This document shows positions 50,990 through 63,230 of a stretch of DNA of 64,000 nucleotides, piece by piece. Both the position numbers and the translations under genes were made by a program. Source of the DNA: Lama guanicoe (taxonomy: Eukaryota); the NCBI GenBank assembly GCA_013239625.1, contig MU057349.1, positions 9,079,306-9,143,305 on the forward strand, given 5' to 3'. Numbering within the stretch: position 1 is the first letter of the stretch; every line of letters begins with the position of its first letter. The notes below the pieces were generated by a model. The model saw only the letters and a list, made by a program, of their open reading frames with translations. It did not search any database and had not been told where the DNA came from.

Positions 50990-51412
50990 TGCTAAATGTA
51001 GAGTCTTTTCCCCACCTCTTGAATCTAGGCTGGGCTTGTGATTATGCTTTGGGCATGTGTACGATGGTGACACCGTGTGACTTCCAGAGCCCAGGCCTCA
51101 AGAGGCCTTACCATTTCTGCTTAGGTCTCTTGAAATGCTGCCCAGATCACCATGAACGGATGCTGGTTTAGCCTACCAGAGAGTGAAAAGCCCTGAGAAA
51201 GAGACCTGAGACGCCCAGCCAACAGTCAGAGCCAAGGGCCAGCCATGTAAGTTACGGCTGACCTTGCAGCTGAGCGTGGCTGCAGCAGCCAGCCCAGGTG
51301 AAGCCAGCAGAGAAGCAGCCCAGCCAACCCCCGGGATGAGGAGAAAGGATATATTGCTGTTATTTTAAGCCACTAAGTTTCGGGGTGTTAGGCAGTAATA
51401 GATAACTGAAAT
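50990..51412 (+). mobile_element. MaLR LTR (MLT1G/H-like)
   Basis: gtgacttccagagcccaggcctcaagaggcctt...ttttaagccactaagttt...aatagataactgaaa. Confidence 0.8.
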
Positions 51413-51499
51413 GTACACTTCTCCCCTTTTTTCTGTTGTTATGTAATAAGATACTAGAATAGGAGTCTTTCTGTCTCTATTTGGAAAGAGGTATCGAAA

Positions 51500-51539
51500 G
51501 ATAGATACCTGATATCCATAGATAGATACCTGATATCCA
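51500..51539 (+). repeat. Tandem duplication, 21-bp period
   Basis: GATAGATACCTGATATCCA occurs twice. Confidence 0.9.
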
Positions 51540-51699
51540 CATGAATGCGAAAGAAACCCACTTACACAGAATTCACACAGGAAATTATCAAGACATGGCT
51601 CCATCATTCTTGGATGCCTCATTCCAATTAAGGATATAAAAGGGAGGGAGGAGAGAGAGGTGAAGAGCTTTTTTGGAAAGAACTGTTAATGCACTGTGT

Positions 51700-52640
51700 G
51701 TTCTCCCTAACACCCTCAAGGAAAGAGGGGAGAAGGCTGTACCCCGTTCATCTCAAGCCCAGTGAAGGGGGATTATGTGGATCACCTGGAGAACTGTGAA
51801 GTATAGCTGGGAAACAGCACACATAAGGGGTCCTGGCTTCGCGCCTTCGGTGCCCAGAGTGGGCTGTGGCAGTAGGATGGATGCTCCTGTGGGGTTTCCT
51901 GGGTAAACTATGCCTTGTGGACCAAATGTGGTCACTCAGAAGACAGAGCTGGGGTGGAGTCAGCTTGGATCCTGTCTCATGAATCTCATAGGATTCAGCA
52001 GCAAGAAACAGGAGGTGTGCACTGGATTGGTAGAGTCTTCGAAAGAAATTCCAAGATATCTTCCAGAATAAAGATGTACCATCCTCTGCCTGGAGAAGTG
52101 TGGGAGAGAGATGGGCAACACAGGGAGGTTTCTGAAAATCCCACCGCAATGCCCAAGTGAAAGGGGCCACGTCAAACACTGGCCTGGCTCAGAGAGTGGG
52201 AACCTACCTTTCTGATTCCCTTGTCCCCAACTCCCTACCTGCACACCCAGTCCTGGGCGATTCAGAAACTAGCCAGCAAACTGAGAATTGCAGGGAGGAA
52301 AAAAGCCTAAAAGCCTAAGGTGGAGACCACAGAAGCTGCCCTTTATCCACTAACCTTTCCCACAGGAGATCCCCAGCCTGAGACTTGAGAAGGGAAGGAG
52401 GGTTGACAATAAATCAAGTTCAAAGGTTTAATTCTCACCTTGGGCTGAACATTCTAATTTCTGAATTGACAGAGTGCAACTCTGATGCAAGGACTATTTC
52501 CTAAGAACGAGTTGAAAAGTCACAGGCCTGCTGAGTTTTCACATCAATCGTCCCTTATTCAGTAAAATCTTAATGGGCAACAGGGGGAAGAAGAGTATTA
52601 TTTCGACTGCATTGCTGTGTTTGTTGGACATGCTAGTTAC
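51700..52640 (+). mobile_element. Probable old ERV LTR (LTR78/79-like)
   Basis: The 3' part (ctgaacattctaatttctgaattga...agttaca) resembles old eutherian LTRs. Left boundary uncertain. Confidence 0.35.
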
Positions 52641-52744
52641 ACTTATTCTATTTACCATTTCTACAGAATATTCTTTCTAAGACAAAAAGAAATTCTCTTT
52701 GTGCAACTCTCTTTTCCCCCAGACAGTTACCCATATTTCTCTCT

Positions 52745-52866
52745 TTTTTAAATACATATGATTTATTTTTACTTTTTGTTCCCTCCTCACTTAATGGAAG
52801 TACTGGGGATTGAACCCAGGACCTTGTGCACACCGAGCACGCCCTCTACCACTAAGCTATAGCCCA
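52745..52866 (-). mobile_element. tRNA-derived SINE (Vic-1-like)
   Basis: gtactggggattgaacccaggacct...ctctaccactaagctata. Confidence 0.88.
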
Positions 52867-54084
52867 GACTCCCCTACCTGTGCTTCTCTTTGCTCACATT
52901 ATCCTCCCACTCATACAAACTAGGTGATCTTATAACTTATCTCATCGCATGATTACATTTCTCCAGATCCAGAAAGTCCCTATCTGCTCTTCATCATTTA
53001 CAACACGGCAGCTACTGAGGCTGTGAACTTGGAAATAGGTTTCCCCTATTTCCTGGGGAGGTGCTGAAGGCCTTGGCAGGCTTTATCCCCATGACCGTGG
53101 GAAGAGGTCAGGACAGGTGTCTCTTGGCTTCAGGTCAGGCTGACTTGTCTAGAATGCAAGACTTCATCCTGGCTACCTGCCTAAGAGCTTTCAACGACTG
53201 AAATCTGTAGGTGAGTTTTTGGACTTCATGCTGGGAAGTTGAAATCTAATAGAGAAAATGGGTTGGCAGAACCTACATCTGAACTTCCAGCAAGGAAATT
53301 TTTATAAATAAAAGATGCAATCAATTATTTAGCATAACCAAACATGCTTGAAGAATGCAGGTATCACTTGCTAGTTCTCCAGAATTTAATGCATAATCAC
53401 AGAGATGCATAATACATGCAGACCTGGCCCCACTGAATACCATCTTCCAAGAGAGACTGGCTGGAGCGAGAGGGAAGGGGGATCGCGTTTCAATCAATTA
53501 TTTGCAGGTTATGTGCTGCATTTATTCATGCTGCATAATAAAGCTGAGGTGGGAAAGCATCAATTTCTTTTCTGTGAAAAGATACGTGAGTCAATGAGGA
53601 CACATATTAGATGAAGAACCAGGGCGCAGAGCTCTGTTTCTGACTGTGGAACGAATGATGCTCAGTGCCTCGTAAGCTAAAATCACGCTCCTGCAGGCCC
53701 TCCTCGATGCTGGGAATCACCACCCCAGGAAGAAATCTTGCAGGCTGTCCTACAAAAGACATCATGGGGCATACCTTGAAGATTTTGTCAAGGTCCAGGG
53801 CACTGGCACTGGGCACTCAGCCTCCCTGGCACTGAAGTCTGGTTCGGTGACTCCATGTCTCAAAACCCATTTCTTGGGGGCAGATTCACATTATCCAGCC
53901 TCACAGCGTAAGCCAGACAGCTTACGAATTTGAGAGGATACACGACATCTACATAACCAATGAATTCTTTCCCTGCAGACAGACCTCTCCGGAGGCCAAA
54001 TCCTAAGCACTGGGTTACTGGGTGCACATGGCATCCGAACAAGGAAAGACATGAATGGAATGTTTAGGCTAGAGAAGGTCTAGC

Positions 54085-54225
54085 CAATGGTTTTCAAACT
54101 TTGTGTCAGTACCCATTAGAGCTGTGAAATCACTTCACAAGTCACATCCAGACAACATTTAAAATAACAAAAACAGAATACAGAGTAGAATAGAAGCTAT
54201 CAAGAGTACTGCACGTGATGGAAGG
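54085..54225. mobile_element. hAT-Charlie MITE fragment
   Basis: tggttttcaaact...cccattag...gtgaaatca...agaatagaa; appears to be the same family, in reverse, as 60585-60810. Confidence 0.55.
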
Positions 54226-54244
54226 AGGTAAGAGGCAGTAAAGA

Positions 54245-54490
54245 GAGGTGGTGAAGAGGACAGGCACTAAATGCAGCCTTCGTAGGATCCAATCTTGGCT
54301 TGGCCAGACACCGAGTATACCACCCTGAGCAAATCACTGAGTCTATGCTTTCGTGTCTTTGTATTCAAAATGGGAATGATACCGGCACCAACCTCCTAAG
54401 GTTGTTGTGAAAATTAAATGACTTAATACCTATAAAGGGCAGAGAACCGTGCCTGGCTCACAATAAGTACTGTATGAGTTTTCATTATTA
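54245..54490 (+). mobile_element. MIR
   Basis: aaaatgggaatgata...ggttgttgtgaaaattaaatga...agaaccgtgcctggc. Confidence 0.8.
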
Positions 54491-55169
54491 GGAAGAATTG
54501 CTTTGTGAAACTATTGCCCAGCCCAGAGATACCAGAATGGAGTTCCTATGACACTTGAGAGTTAGCTGTGCTGAGCAGTACGTAAGACAAATCAGGACAC
54601 AGAGTGGCTTCCGTTGTATCTGAATCAGAAAATTATGGAAGTAATACCAGATTGCAGGAAAAAGAGAACCAGAGGAAATTTTCCAAAAGGACACTCCAGA
54701 TGACCAGACTTGTAACCTAAGGAGTCAAGATGAAAGTGGTTTTGCTGAGATGAGATGCTATAAATCTCTTCCCTGGAGAGAACTGTCATTCTCTGGTGTA
54801 TACTTTGCCTTTTTTCTTTCCTTTTGGCTTTCATCTGAGACCATAATGACATATTTTGAGGCACTAGAATGGATCATCAAGCTTAAATTTAAGCTTGAAC
54901 TTGAATTTCCTCTCCTCAGATCAGTCAGGGTCTCATCTCAGTTTTTAAGACTATCAGCTGTACCAATTGATTATTCCACCTCATACCACAGGTCCTTCTT
55001 TCATGTATTTTTCCATATCCTATGAAAATCTGGACAACTAGAGGGTGATTGATAAGGTAGAGGCAAGAGACTAAAACATGTTTTCAGGATGGAAACATAT
55101 CTTTGGAGAAGATATGATAGAGTAAACGAGGGAGATTTAATAGTGTTCAAGCAGGAGTAAGAATAACTG

Positions 55170-55410
55170 TAACATTTCCCATAAACTGAGTACTTATTAT
55201 GCGCCAAGCCTAGTGCTAAGCACTTACAACTGTTAATCATACTTTTCACAACGACTCTGACAGACAGAGGATGGTAATTGCAATGACACGTAAGGAAACC
55301 GGCACTTAGAAGACAAGAGACTGCCTGAGTCTCACTGCTAGTAAATGTCCGAGCCAGCATTCAAACGGAGACTCCTCGACTCCCAAGCTCAAGCCTTTCA
55401 CTTGACACTG
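55170..55410 (-). mobile_element. MIR
   Basis: ctgagtacttattatgcgccaagcctagtgctaagcactta...ctagtaaatg. Confidence 0.7.
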
Positions 55411-55417
55411 CTACAAG

Positions 55418-55630
55418 GGTTTCAGAACTAGACCCAAGGGGTCTAAATTCCAGCTGTTCCACTTCTAAGTTTTTTAACTTCTCCAAATCTCATGTAATTT
55501 CCTTGGATGTAAAATGGGAGTGATAACAGTAGCTTCCTCACCGGATTTTGTGACCATTAAATAAGATGTTTATCCAAGTATCCAACATCGTGATTGGCAC
55601 AGAGTAAATGTCCATAGAGACGTTGTTATG
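55418..55630 (+). mobile_element. MIR
   Basis: aaattccagctgttccactt...tgtaaaatgggagtgataacagta...ggcacagagtaaatg. Confidence 0.7.
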
Positions 55631-57083
55631 TCAGCCCTTGCAAGACTGCCTACAATGGCAAACATTACATACGGATGGATAATCACTGGATCAGGCCAGC
55701 CAGCAATGTGTCATTTGGCCAACTGTCTTTGGATCCCTCTCTATAAGGGCATTTCCCATGGCAATGCATTCTTGCCCCCAGTACACGGAAAAAACAAGAC
55801 ACTGCTGAGGGCAAAAGTGTGGAGAAGCAGGGTAAAGTAAGGAAGGTTTGAGCTGGAAGGTTTGAGCTCAGGCCTGTGGAATCGGGAAGAGAGAAAGGAG
55901 AAGCTGGTGTTTGAGATCATGGTAGAATCAATCTCAAAAAGGATGAATTCAATAAATTGAAGAAGGCAGGAAGATTACTGCTAGGGAGGAAAATGAATTA
56001 CTTGGGGATTTGAGTGGGAGCTTTGGCTCATGTTGCTGCATGAGGAAGTAACCCCACAAAAGAGCCAAGGATTTAGGGTTGGGAAGAATTTAATCAGTTT
56101 CTTGAGCCTAATTTTAACCTAAAAGAGAAGAATTTAATTTCCAAGGTCTTAAATAGGAACCAGAATTTAGACAGAGTCAAACTAGGGGAAAGGAAAAGAT
56201 GAGTGGGGCCCATCCACTGTCCAGAAACCAGAAGGAATACACTTGCCCAGGGAAGAATCAACCAGGCTTAGGCCTCAGAGCTAATAAACATAGGGCACAG
56301 GGGAGAGAAGTGGGGTGAGAGAACACAAAAATGAACCATTATTTCCACACATACCCCCTTTTTTGAGGATCAGCTAGATACAGACATCAAATTCAGCTGT
56401 GGGTACTTCCAACTGCCAGGCCAAAGATGCCAGGATTTTAAATTTAAGTTTAAATAATCCATGGGCAATGGCATTAATAGTATTTATGGTACCATAATGG
56501 TAACACCTGCCTGTCTGAGAATTAACACATCTGTAATCCCTGAGGTACATGGGCAAAAAAGTTGCAAAGCATTTTTATTATTCCAGCAAAATGGAATTTA
56601 AAATATGTTATGAAGTCTGCAGATGATTGGACAGAGTATAGAGTATGGACCTTCCGAGAGCAGGTCCCAAACAACTCTGAGACACAAGAAACAGTACAAG
56701 TGAATTTACAGAGGTTAGTGGAAGAAGACAACAAAAGGGGAAGAAACAAAGGGAATTCAGTGTGCTACATTTATCATTAGACACTGCAGAATTGGGCTGA
56801 GTTAGGGGGCAGCGGTCATGCACTCAGAGAACAACACTCTTCAGTGGAAAAGGCCACAGCGAGGAGAGAGCAGTAGCTTCTGCTGTTACCACCATCAATA
56901 AGTATTATTCACTATGACGTGTGAGTCATTGAAGGACATTGTTCTCAAGAAGCTTACAGTCTTATTTAAGGAAACAAAGCATGTACATAAACAAAAAATA
57001 ACGATCCAAACTGAGTCAAAAGGGTGATGTTTCATTCTTAGAAACTGCTGAGTGTCTTCATACTGCAAAAGCACATCCATCTT

Positions 57084-57270
57084 ATAGATAAACAACAAGA
57101 ACCTACTGTATAGCACAGGGAACTATATTCAGCATCGTGATAACGTATAATGGAAAAGAATCTGAATAAGAATAAATATGTATGTATATGTATAACTGAG
57201 CCACTTTGCTGTACACTTGAAACTAAATACAACATTGTAAATCAACTATACTTCAGTAAAAGTTTTTTAA
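57084..57270 (+). mobile_element. L1 3' end
   Basis: acctactgtatagcacagggaactatattca...; TSD core CACATCCATCTT at 57072-57083 and 57276-57287. Confidence 0.9.
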
Positions 57271-57569
57271 AAACCCACATCCATCTTGCAGAAGCCACAC
57301 CATAATACTAGACTCAGAGAAATAGTCCCAGGTGCCAACACAATCTAGTTTCATTTTATGTCATCTAACTTTTCCACAGACTCACGTTTAAAGGAGAGTT
57401 GCAATATTAAGATATGTGGAATCACTGGCCTAGAAGTCACTAAAAACTGCCTTCTGTTCTGTTTAAAATGGTCAGCTTTAGCCTCATGCTGATTTGGGAG
57501 TTATTCATCTGAAATGACTTCAGGGTTTACACCCTAGGCACACTTTGTATTAATTTAGGAAGGCAAAAT

Positions 57570-57810
57570 AAGTATGATGGCCAGGAGTAAGGATGCTAGA
57601 ATCAGACTTCCTGGGTTCAAATCCCAGCTCTAACTCTTTAGCAGTGAACTGTGGCAAGTTAACGCCACAAAGCCTTGGTTTCCTCATCTGTACGTGGGAA
57701 TAATAATAATATTTGCCTCATACAATCATGGTGAAGATGACAAAGAATTGTGCATAAAGTACACAGCTCAATAGATGGCACATAATCAGCAGCAAAAAAT
57801 GTTTGCTTTC
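57570..57810 (+). mobile_element. MIR, near full length
   Basis: gaatcagacttcctgggttcaaatcccagctct...gtttcctcatctgta...ggcacataatcagc. Confidence 0.88.
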
Positions 57811-59610
57811 ATTACTATTGCCATTACCATTACTATTACCATTACTACTACCATTACCATTACTATTACCATTACCATTACCTTTACCATTACCATTATT
57901 ATTACCATTACCATTACTATTACCATTACCATTACTTTTACTGTTACCATTACCATTACTATTATGATTACCATTACCTTTACCATTACCTTTATTATTA
58001 CCATTACCATTACCATTACTATTACCATTACCTTTACTGTTACCATTACCATTATTATTACCATTACCATTACTATTAACATTACCATTACTTTTACTGT
58101 TACCATTACCATTACTGTTACTATTACCATTACCTTTACTATTACCATTACTATTACTATTACGATTACCATTACCTTTATCATTACCTTTATTATTACC
58201 ATTACCATTACCATTACTGTTACCATTACTATTACCGTTACCATTACTATTACCTTTACCATTACTATTAACATTACCATTACCATTACCTTTACTGTTA
58301 CCATTACCATTATTATTACCATTACTATTACCATTACCTTTACTGTTACCATTACCATTACTATTACCATTACCATTACTTTTACTGTTACCATTACCAT
58401 TACTATTATGATTACCATTACCTTTACCATTACCTTTATTATTACCATTACCATTACATTACCATTACCATTATTATTACCATTACCATTACTACTACCA
58501 TTACCATTACCTTTACCATTACCTTTATTATTACCATTACCATTACTATTACCATTACTTTTACTATTATCATTACCATTATTATTACCATTACCATTAC
58601 TACTACCATTACCATTACCGTTGCCACTACCATTACTATTACCATTACAATTACCATTACCTTTACCATTATCATTACCTTTATTATTACCATTACTATT
58701 ACCATTACCATTATTATTACCATTACTATTACCATTACCATTACCTTTACTGTTACCATTACCATTATTATTACCATTACGTTTACCATTACCATTACCT
58801 TTATTATTACCATTACCTTTACTGTTACCATTACCATTGTTATTACCATTACCATTACCATTACTGTTGCCACTACCATTACTATTACCATTACCATTAC
58901 TTTTATTGTTACCATTACCATTACTATTATGATTACCATTACCATTACCTTTATTATTACCATTACCATTACTATTACCATTACCATTACTGTTACTATT
59001 ACCATTACCTTTACTATTACCATTACCTTTATTATTACCATTACTATTACCATTACCTTTACTATTACCATTACTATTACTATTACGATTACCATTACCT
59101 TTATCATTACCTTTATTATTACCATTACCATTGTTATTACCATTACCATTACTATTACCTTTACCATTACTATTAACATTACCATTACTATTACCATTAC
59201 AATTACTATTACGATTACCATTACCTTTACCATTACCTTTATTATGACCATTACCATTACTATTACCGTTACCATTACTATTACCATTACCATTACTATT
59301 AACATTACCATTACCATTACCTTTACTGTTACCATTACCATTATTATTACCATTACTATTACCATTACTTTTACTGTTACCATTACCATTACTATTACTA
59401 TTACCATTACCTTTACCATTACCATTACCTTTATTATTACCATTACTATTACCATTACCTTTACTATTACCATTACCATTGTTATTACCATTACCATTAC
59501 TACTGCCATTACCATTACTGTTGCCACTACCATTACTATTACCATTACAATTGCCACTACCATTACTATTACCATTACAATTACTATTACAATTACCATT
59601 ACCATTACTA
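57810..59610. repeat. About 1.8-kb compound micro/minisatellite, (ATTACC)n with ATTACT/TTTACC/ATTATT/GTTACC variants
   Basis: Directly visible. Triplet phase is kept throughout except for a 1-nt deletion near 58457. Confidence 0.98.
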
Positions 59611-60369
59611 AGGTGGCAGAGAGTCAGAGTTGGTGTGAGACCACCATTGGGAGGGGCCAGGTCCCCTGCACTGATACCTCTGAGACCCACCTCCCCATTC
59701 TCAGTATTTAAAAGCAGATGAGCACATAGACTAGAGACAGGGAAGAGGTGCCCACCAGTCCATGGGCGCAACACGTGAGGAAATATCACATGCAGTACGT
59801 CTGCTTTAGAACTACTGGGTCACATACACAACAGGCGGTAAAAAGAAATTTGAAGTTAGAAGTGAATAAGCACACTTCGAAAGGATCAAGACCGTGATGG
59901 GGACAATGGGTGAGAGTGTTCTTCGAAGCTAATAAAATTACTTCCAGAAAAGTCTTCTTAAAGATCCAGGGGAGTTGTGAAGAGCCTTTTGAGTCTCGGA
60001 AAGTGCAGCTTTAATTCTGCCTGCCACCAGAGAGCTGCTGGTAGCAAAAAAAAAAGCTGTGGGATCAAAAGACAGTAAATTATGTCACTGTAAGAGAAGG
60101 GGGAAGAGGGGGAAGGTCTGATGAAAAGGTCTGAGGGGTGAGCAGGTAGGGAGGGGTCAGAAGCCCATTTGACGTGCAGTGTTAACCTCCTGTTTAAGGC
60201 ACAAGTGAAAATTGTTTGCCAAGGGCTCTGTGCTACGAAGTTCCTCCCAAGTTCTGCAGCAAATGCCAAAGAATGCGTCTTGCCTGGAGAGCCCGGAGGC
60301 CCCTGACGGAAGAACAGTCTAGGTCCGCGTCTCTACTCTAAGCGCCCATATCTGCGTCCCCTCCTCCCA

Positions 60370-60548
60370 CTGCACTTCTGTGTTCACCTCCGTCTCTGTT
60401 TGTCTCCCTCACCATCTACAAACTTCATGAGAACTGGGGCCAGTCTGTTTGGTGTCCACTGAGTCTCGAGGGCTTCACAAAGAGCTACCTAAGCACAGCA
60501 CAAAGCATACAGTAGGCCCATCATAAATATTCGTGCAATAAATGAAAT
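60370..60548 (+). mobile_element. L2 3' end
   Basis: ctgtttgtctccctcac...aaacttcatgaga...acagtaggcccatcataaatattcgtgcaataaatgaa. Confidence 0.7.
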
Positions 60549-60584
60549 AGCTTTGCCTCCTTGACCTCGGAGTATACACCCTGA

Positions 60585-60810
60585 AGTCTTTCAAATTCTT
60601 TTTTCCAGGATCCACAGTGAAAAAAGCATTTTGCATCAAGTATACGCATCCAGGTTTCGCCAAACAACACTGGCCCTTGTTTGTGCGCTGTATTCTGATA
60701 TTCCGTTCCCTTCTATTCCATTGTTTAAAACGCTGTTTGCAACCTATTGATTTTCTATCCTATATAGTATATAAAATATGGGTTGTGACCTGCAATTTGA
60801 AAAATCTTGC
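60585..60810. mobile_element. hAT-Charlie MITE
   Basis: ctttcaaattcttt...ccacagtgaaaaaa...atgggttgtgacctgcaatttgaaaaa. Confidence 0.55.
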
Positions 60811-62610
60811 TGTAAAAGGCTACCTTGGTAAATTCCACATTCTAAGGTCACAGTGAGCACCACAAGGAGCCTGTGTTAGCCCTCCCCGTTGGACAGAGCG
60901 CCGGACTAATGGAACCACAGTCAGGGGCTCCCCACCCACTGAGGTCCACGAGCTCTTATGTTCTGAGCAGTGAGTGAATGGCTAACTCCCGGCAGCCCTC
61001 TCACCAAGGCACATCCTTGACCATGAGCAGAATGGAATAGGCAGTAAATCCCATATTCTTGCAAAAAGAGTAATATCCATCCTACCACAATGGGTCAGAA
61101 AATCACTCATACCGCGTGAAAGACAGACTCAGCATTACCTGCAAGGGATCTCATCGTTGACTGCCTGTCCCCACGAGCACCATTCCAACCATTTCAGCTT
61201 GCTGAAGTCACATGTTCCCTCATCCCATGTTCCTGCTGTCTGGCTGACTCCCGCCTTACCGTTCTTCTTCTCTGCAAGCCTTCCCTGACGGCCGGCCCTC
61301 CACGCCCACCTCCTTCACCCTCGGCCAGGCTGAGGTAGGCGCCCCTCCTTTATAATCAGACCTGCTGTCCTGCATTTAATATTTTGACCGCCTGCCCATA
61401 GGTCCTCCTAGAGGACAAAGATAGCCTTTCAGTTCCACTCTCAGTGCCTAGCACAAGGCTCATCTCAGAAGTGCTTGGAAAATGTTTCTCGAATGACGTA
61501 ATGATGGACCCAAGTGCCAATGAGGCCAGGAGCTAATGTATTTGAGTCAGAGAAAGAAATAAGAATTGGAGGAAGGGAAGAAAGAGAAGAAGACATGTGA
61601 ATAACACTTGATGCCTTAGCATCGGTTTCAGATCTCACCCCTCACTTGATCCTCACAACAGATGAGGCAGAGTTAACAATCCCATTATACAGGTGTGTAA
61701 ATGGAGGTTATGGGGAATCCTTTTTATGGAGGACAGGGATTAAAATAAAACCATGGAGAGAGAGAAATCTCTTTCCTCTAGATTGGAAAGTATCTTTAGC
61801 ACAAAAACATTCTTTTCCCCTTAACCACAAGTCGGAGGAATCTGAAAATAGGACAGGGACAAAATCCCAGATGGTGAATTTTAGCAAGAAGTATTGCTCT
61901 GTTAGAGACCTGTTTTAAAGCAAAACAAATCCCCATAATTACGTGGGCAGGATAATCACTGCAAAGCCTGAAAGGTTTAATCTCAATTAAATATAATTTT
62001 AAACCAGGAGAATTTGTTCATGTATTGGAATTTGTAGTTCTATAAAGATAAGGAAAAGCTGAAGGCAAAGTGCAGGTAACATCTCTACGGCTGACCTTGA
62101 CTTTAAAATATAAATGTAATCGTGCAGAAATCCAGCTGACTCTTGACACTTCACGATGGTGTCTGGGGCTCACAGCAAGGTTGGAGAGGTGGGGAGGTGT
62201 AAGGAGAGAGCCTTTTAAAAGCAGCCAGCTGAAATGTTCTGATCAAGAAAGGCATCATTTTACTTCTGCTCCTATGTTCAGTTGATTTGAAGCTCTGCAG
62301 AAACCCAAAGCTGTCACTATAATTCAAGACTAATTGGCGCAAAGGGCTGCTTCGCACAGGAAAAAGATGGCGCTGAGATGGAGTCTCCCCAGCCTTTGAA
62401 TTGCTCTGGGAGCAAAAGCGTCACCTTAAATCCCAGCTGAATAAAATCTGCACCACTTTCCCCCACCCTGCCCTCTAGTCTAGTCTCCTCATCGTAACTG
62501 GACCTGGAGAAAGAAGCCTATACCTTTGTTGCCCTTTGATCCTCCCTAAGATTCATTTAACACAGAATATTCACCCTATGAGCACCATACATTCACACAC
62601 TCTCCCTAAT

Positions 62611-62620
62611 TCTCTCCCTC

Positions 62621-62651
<31 letters not shown>
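62611..62651. repeat. (CT)n(CA)n microsatellite
   Basis: Directly visible. Confidence 0.9.
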
Positions 62652-63063
62652 GCTACATTTGCTTTCCTTTTCCTCCCTAATTAAATGTACTTCAATGTTG
62701 AAAACAGATACAAATTCATCTCTACCCACCAAATACTGAATCGCATTTTCCCAAAGACACCACTTTGCCCCACTGATGAAAGGGAACTCACCCCTACTAT
62801 ACCATCAAAATATGTCACTTCCACTTCTCACTGCCCTCTCCCTGCCAAAAAAAATAATTAAGGAACCCAATAATATCAAAGCTGCAAAGACCTTGAAGAC
62901 CATCCCCGCCTTTGCTGCTCAGAGCATGGCCTGAGGACAGGTACCACCAGCCTTGCCAGGAGCCTGCTGGAAAGGCAGAACCTCCAGCCCCACCAGAACC
63001 TGCAGAAGTAGAGTCCAAATTTTAACAATCCTGCACATGCTCCAACTTGAGACACTGGGCTAG

Positions 63064-63230
63064 GCAGCGCTTCTCAGCCTGGCTGCCCAGAGAATCACCT
63101 GCAGAGCTTTAAAAGCTGTCCAAGCCAGGCCTCCCTCACTTGAGAACAAATTAATTAGGCACCTCTGGATGCTGGGGTGGCTAAAGGCTCCCCAGTGATT
63201 CTGCTCTGCAGCCAGAGTTGAGTAGCACTG
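63064..63230. mobile_element. MER5-type hAT MITE
   Basis: cagcgcttctcagcctggctgc..agaatcacctg..gagctttaaaa...ctccccagtgattct...gcagccagagttgag..gcactg. Confidence 0.8.

Noticed and set aside
57810-59610. CRISPR-like array or telomeric repeat
   Set aside because: No constant repeat with unique spacers, the unit is not TTAGGG, and the context is a mammalian intron.
57786-59789. 667-aa ORF, plus overlapping 385-, 383- and 260-aa ORFs
   Set aside because: These are by-products of a hexamer repeat that lacks stops in most frames. There is no domain content, and the translation switches dipeptide at a 1-nt deletion.
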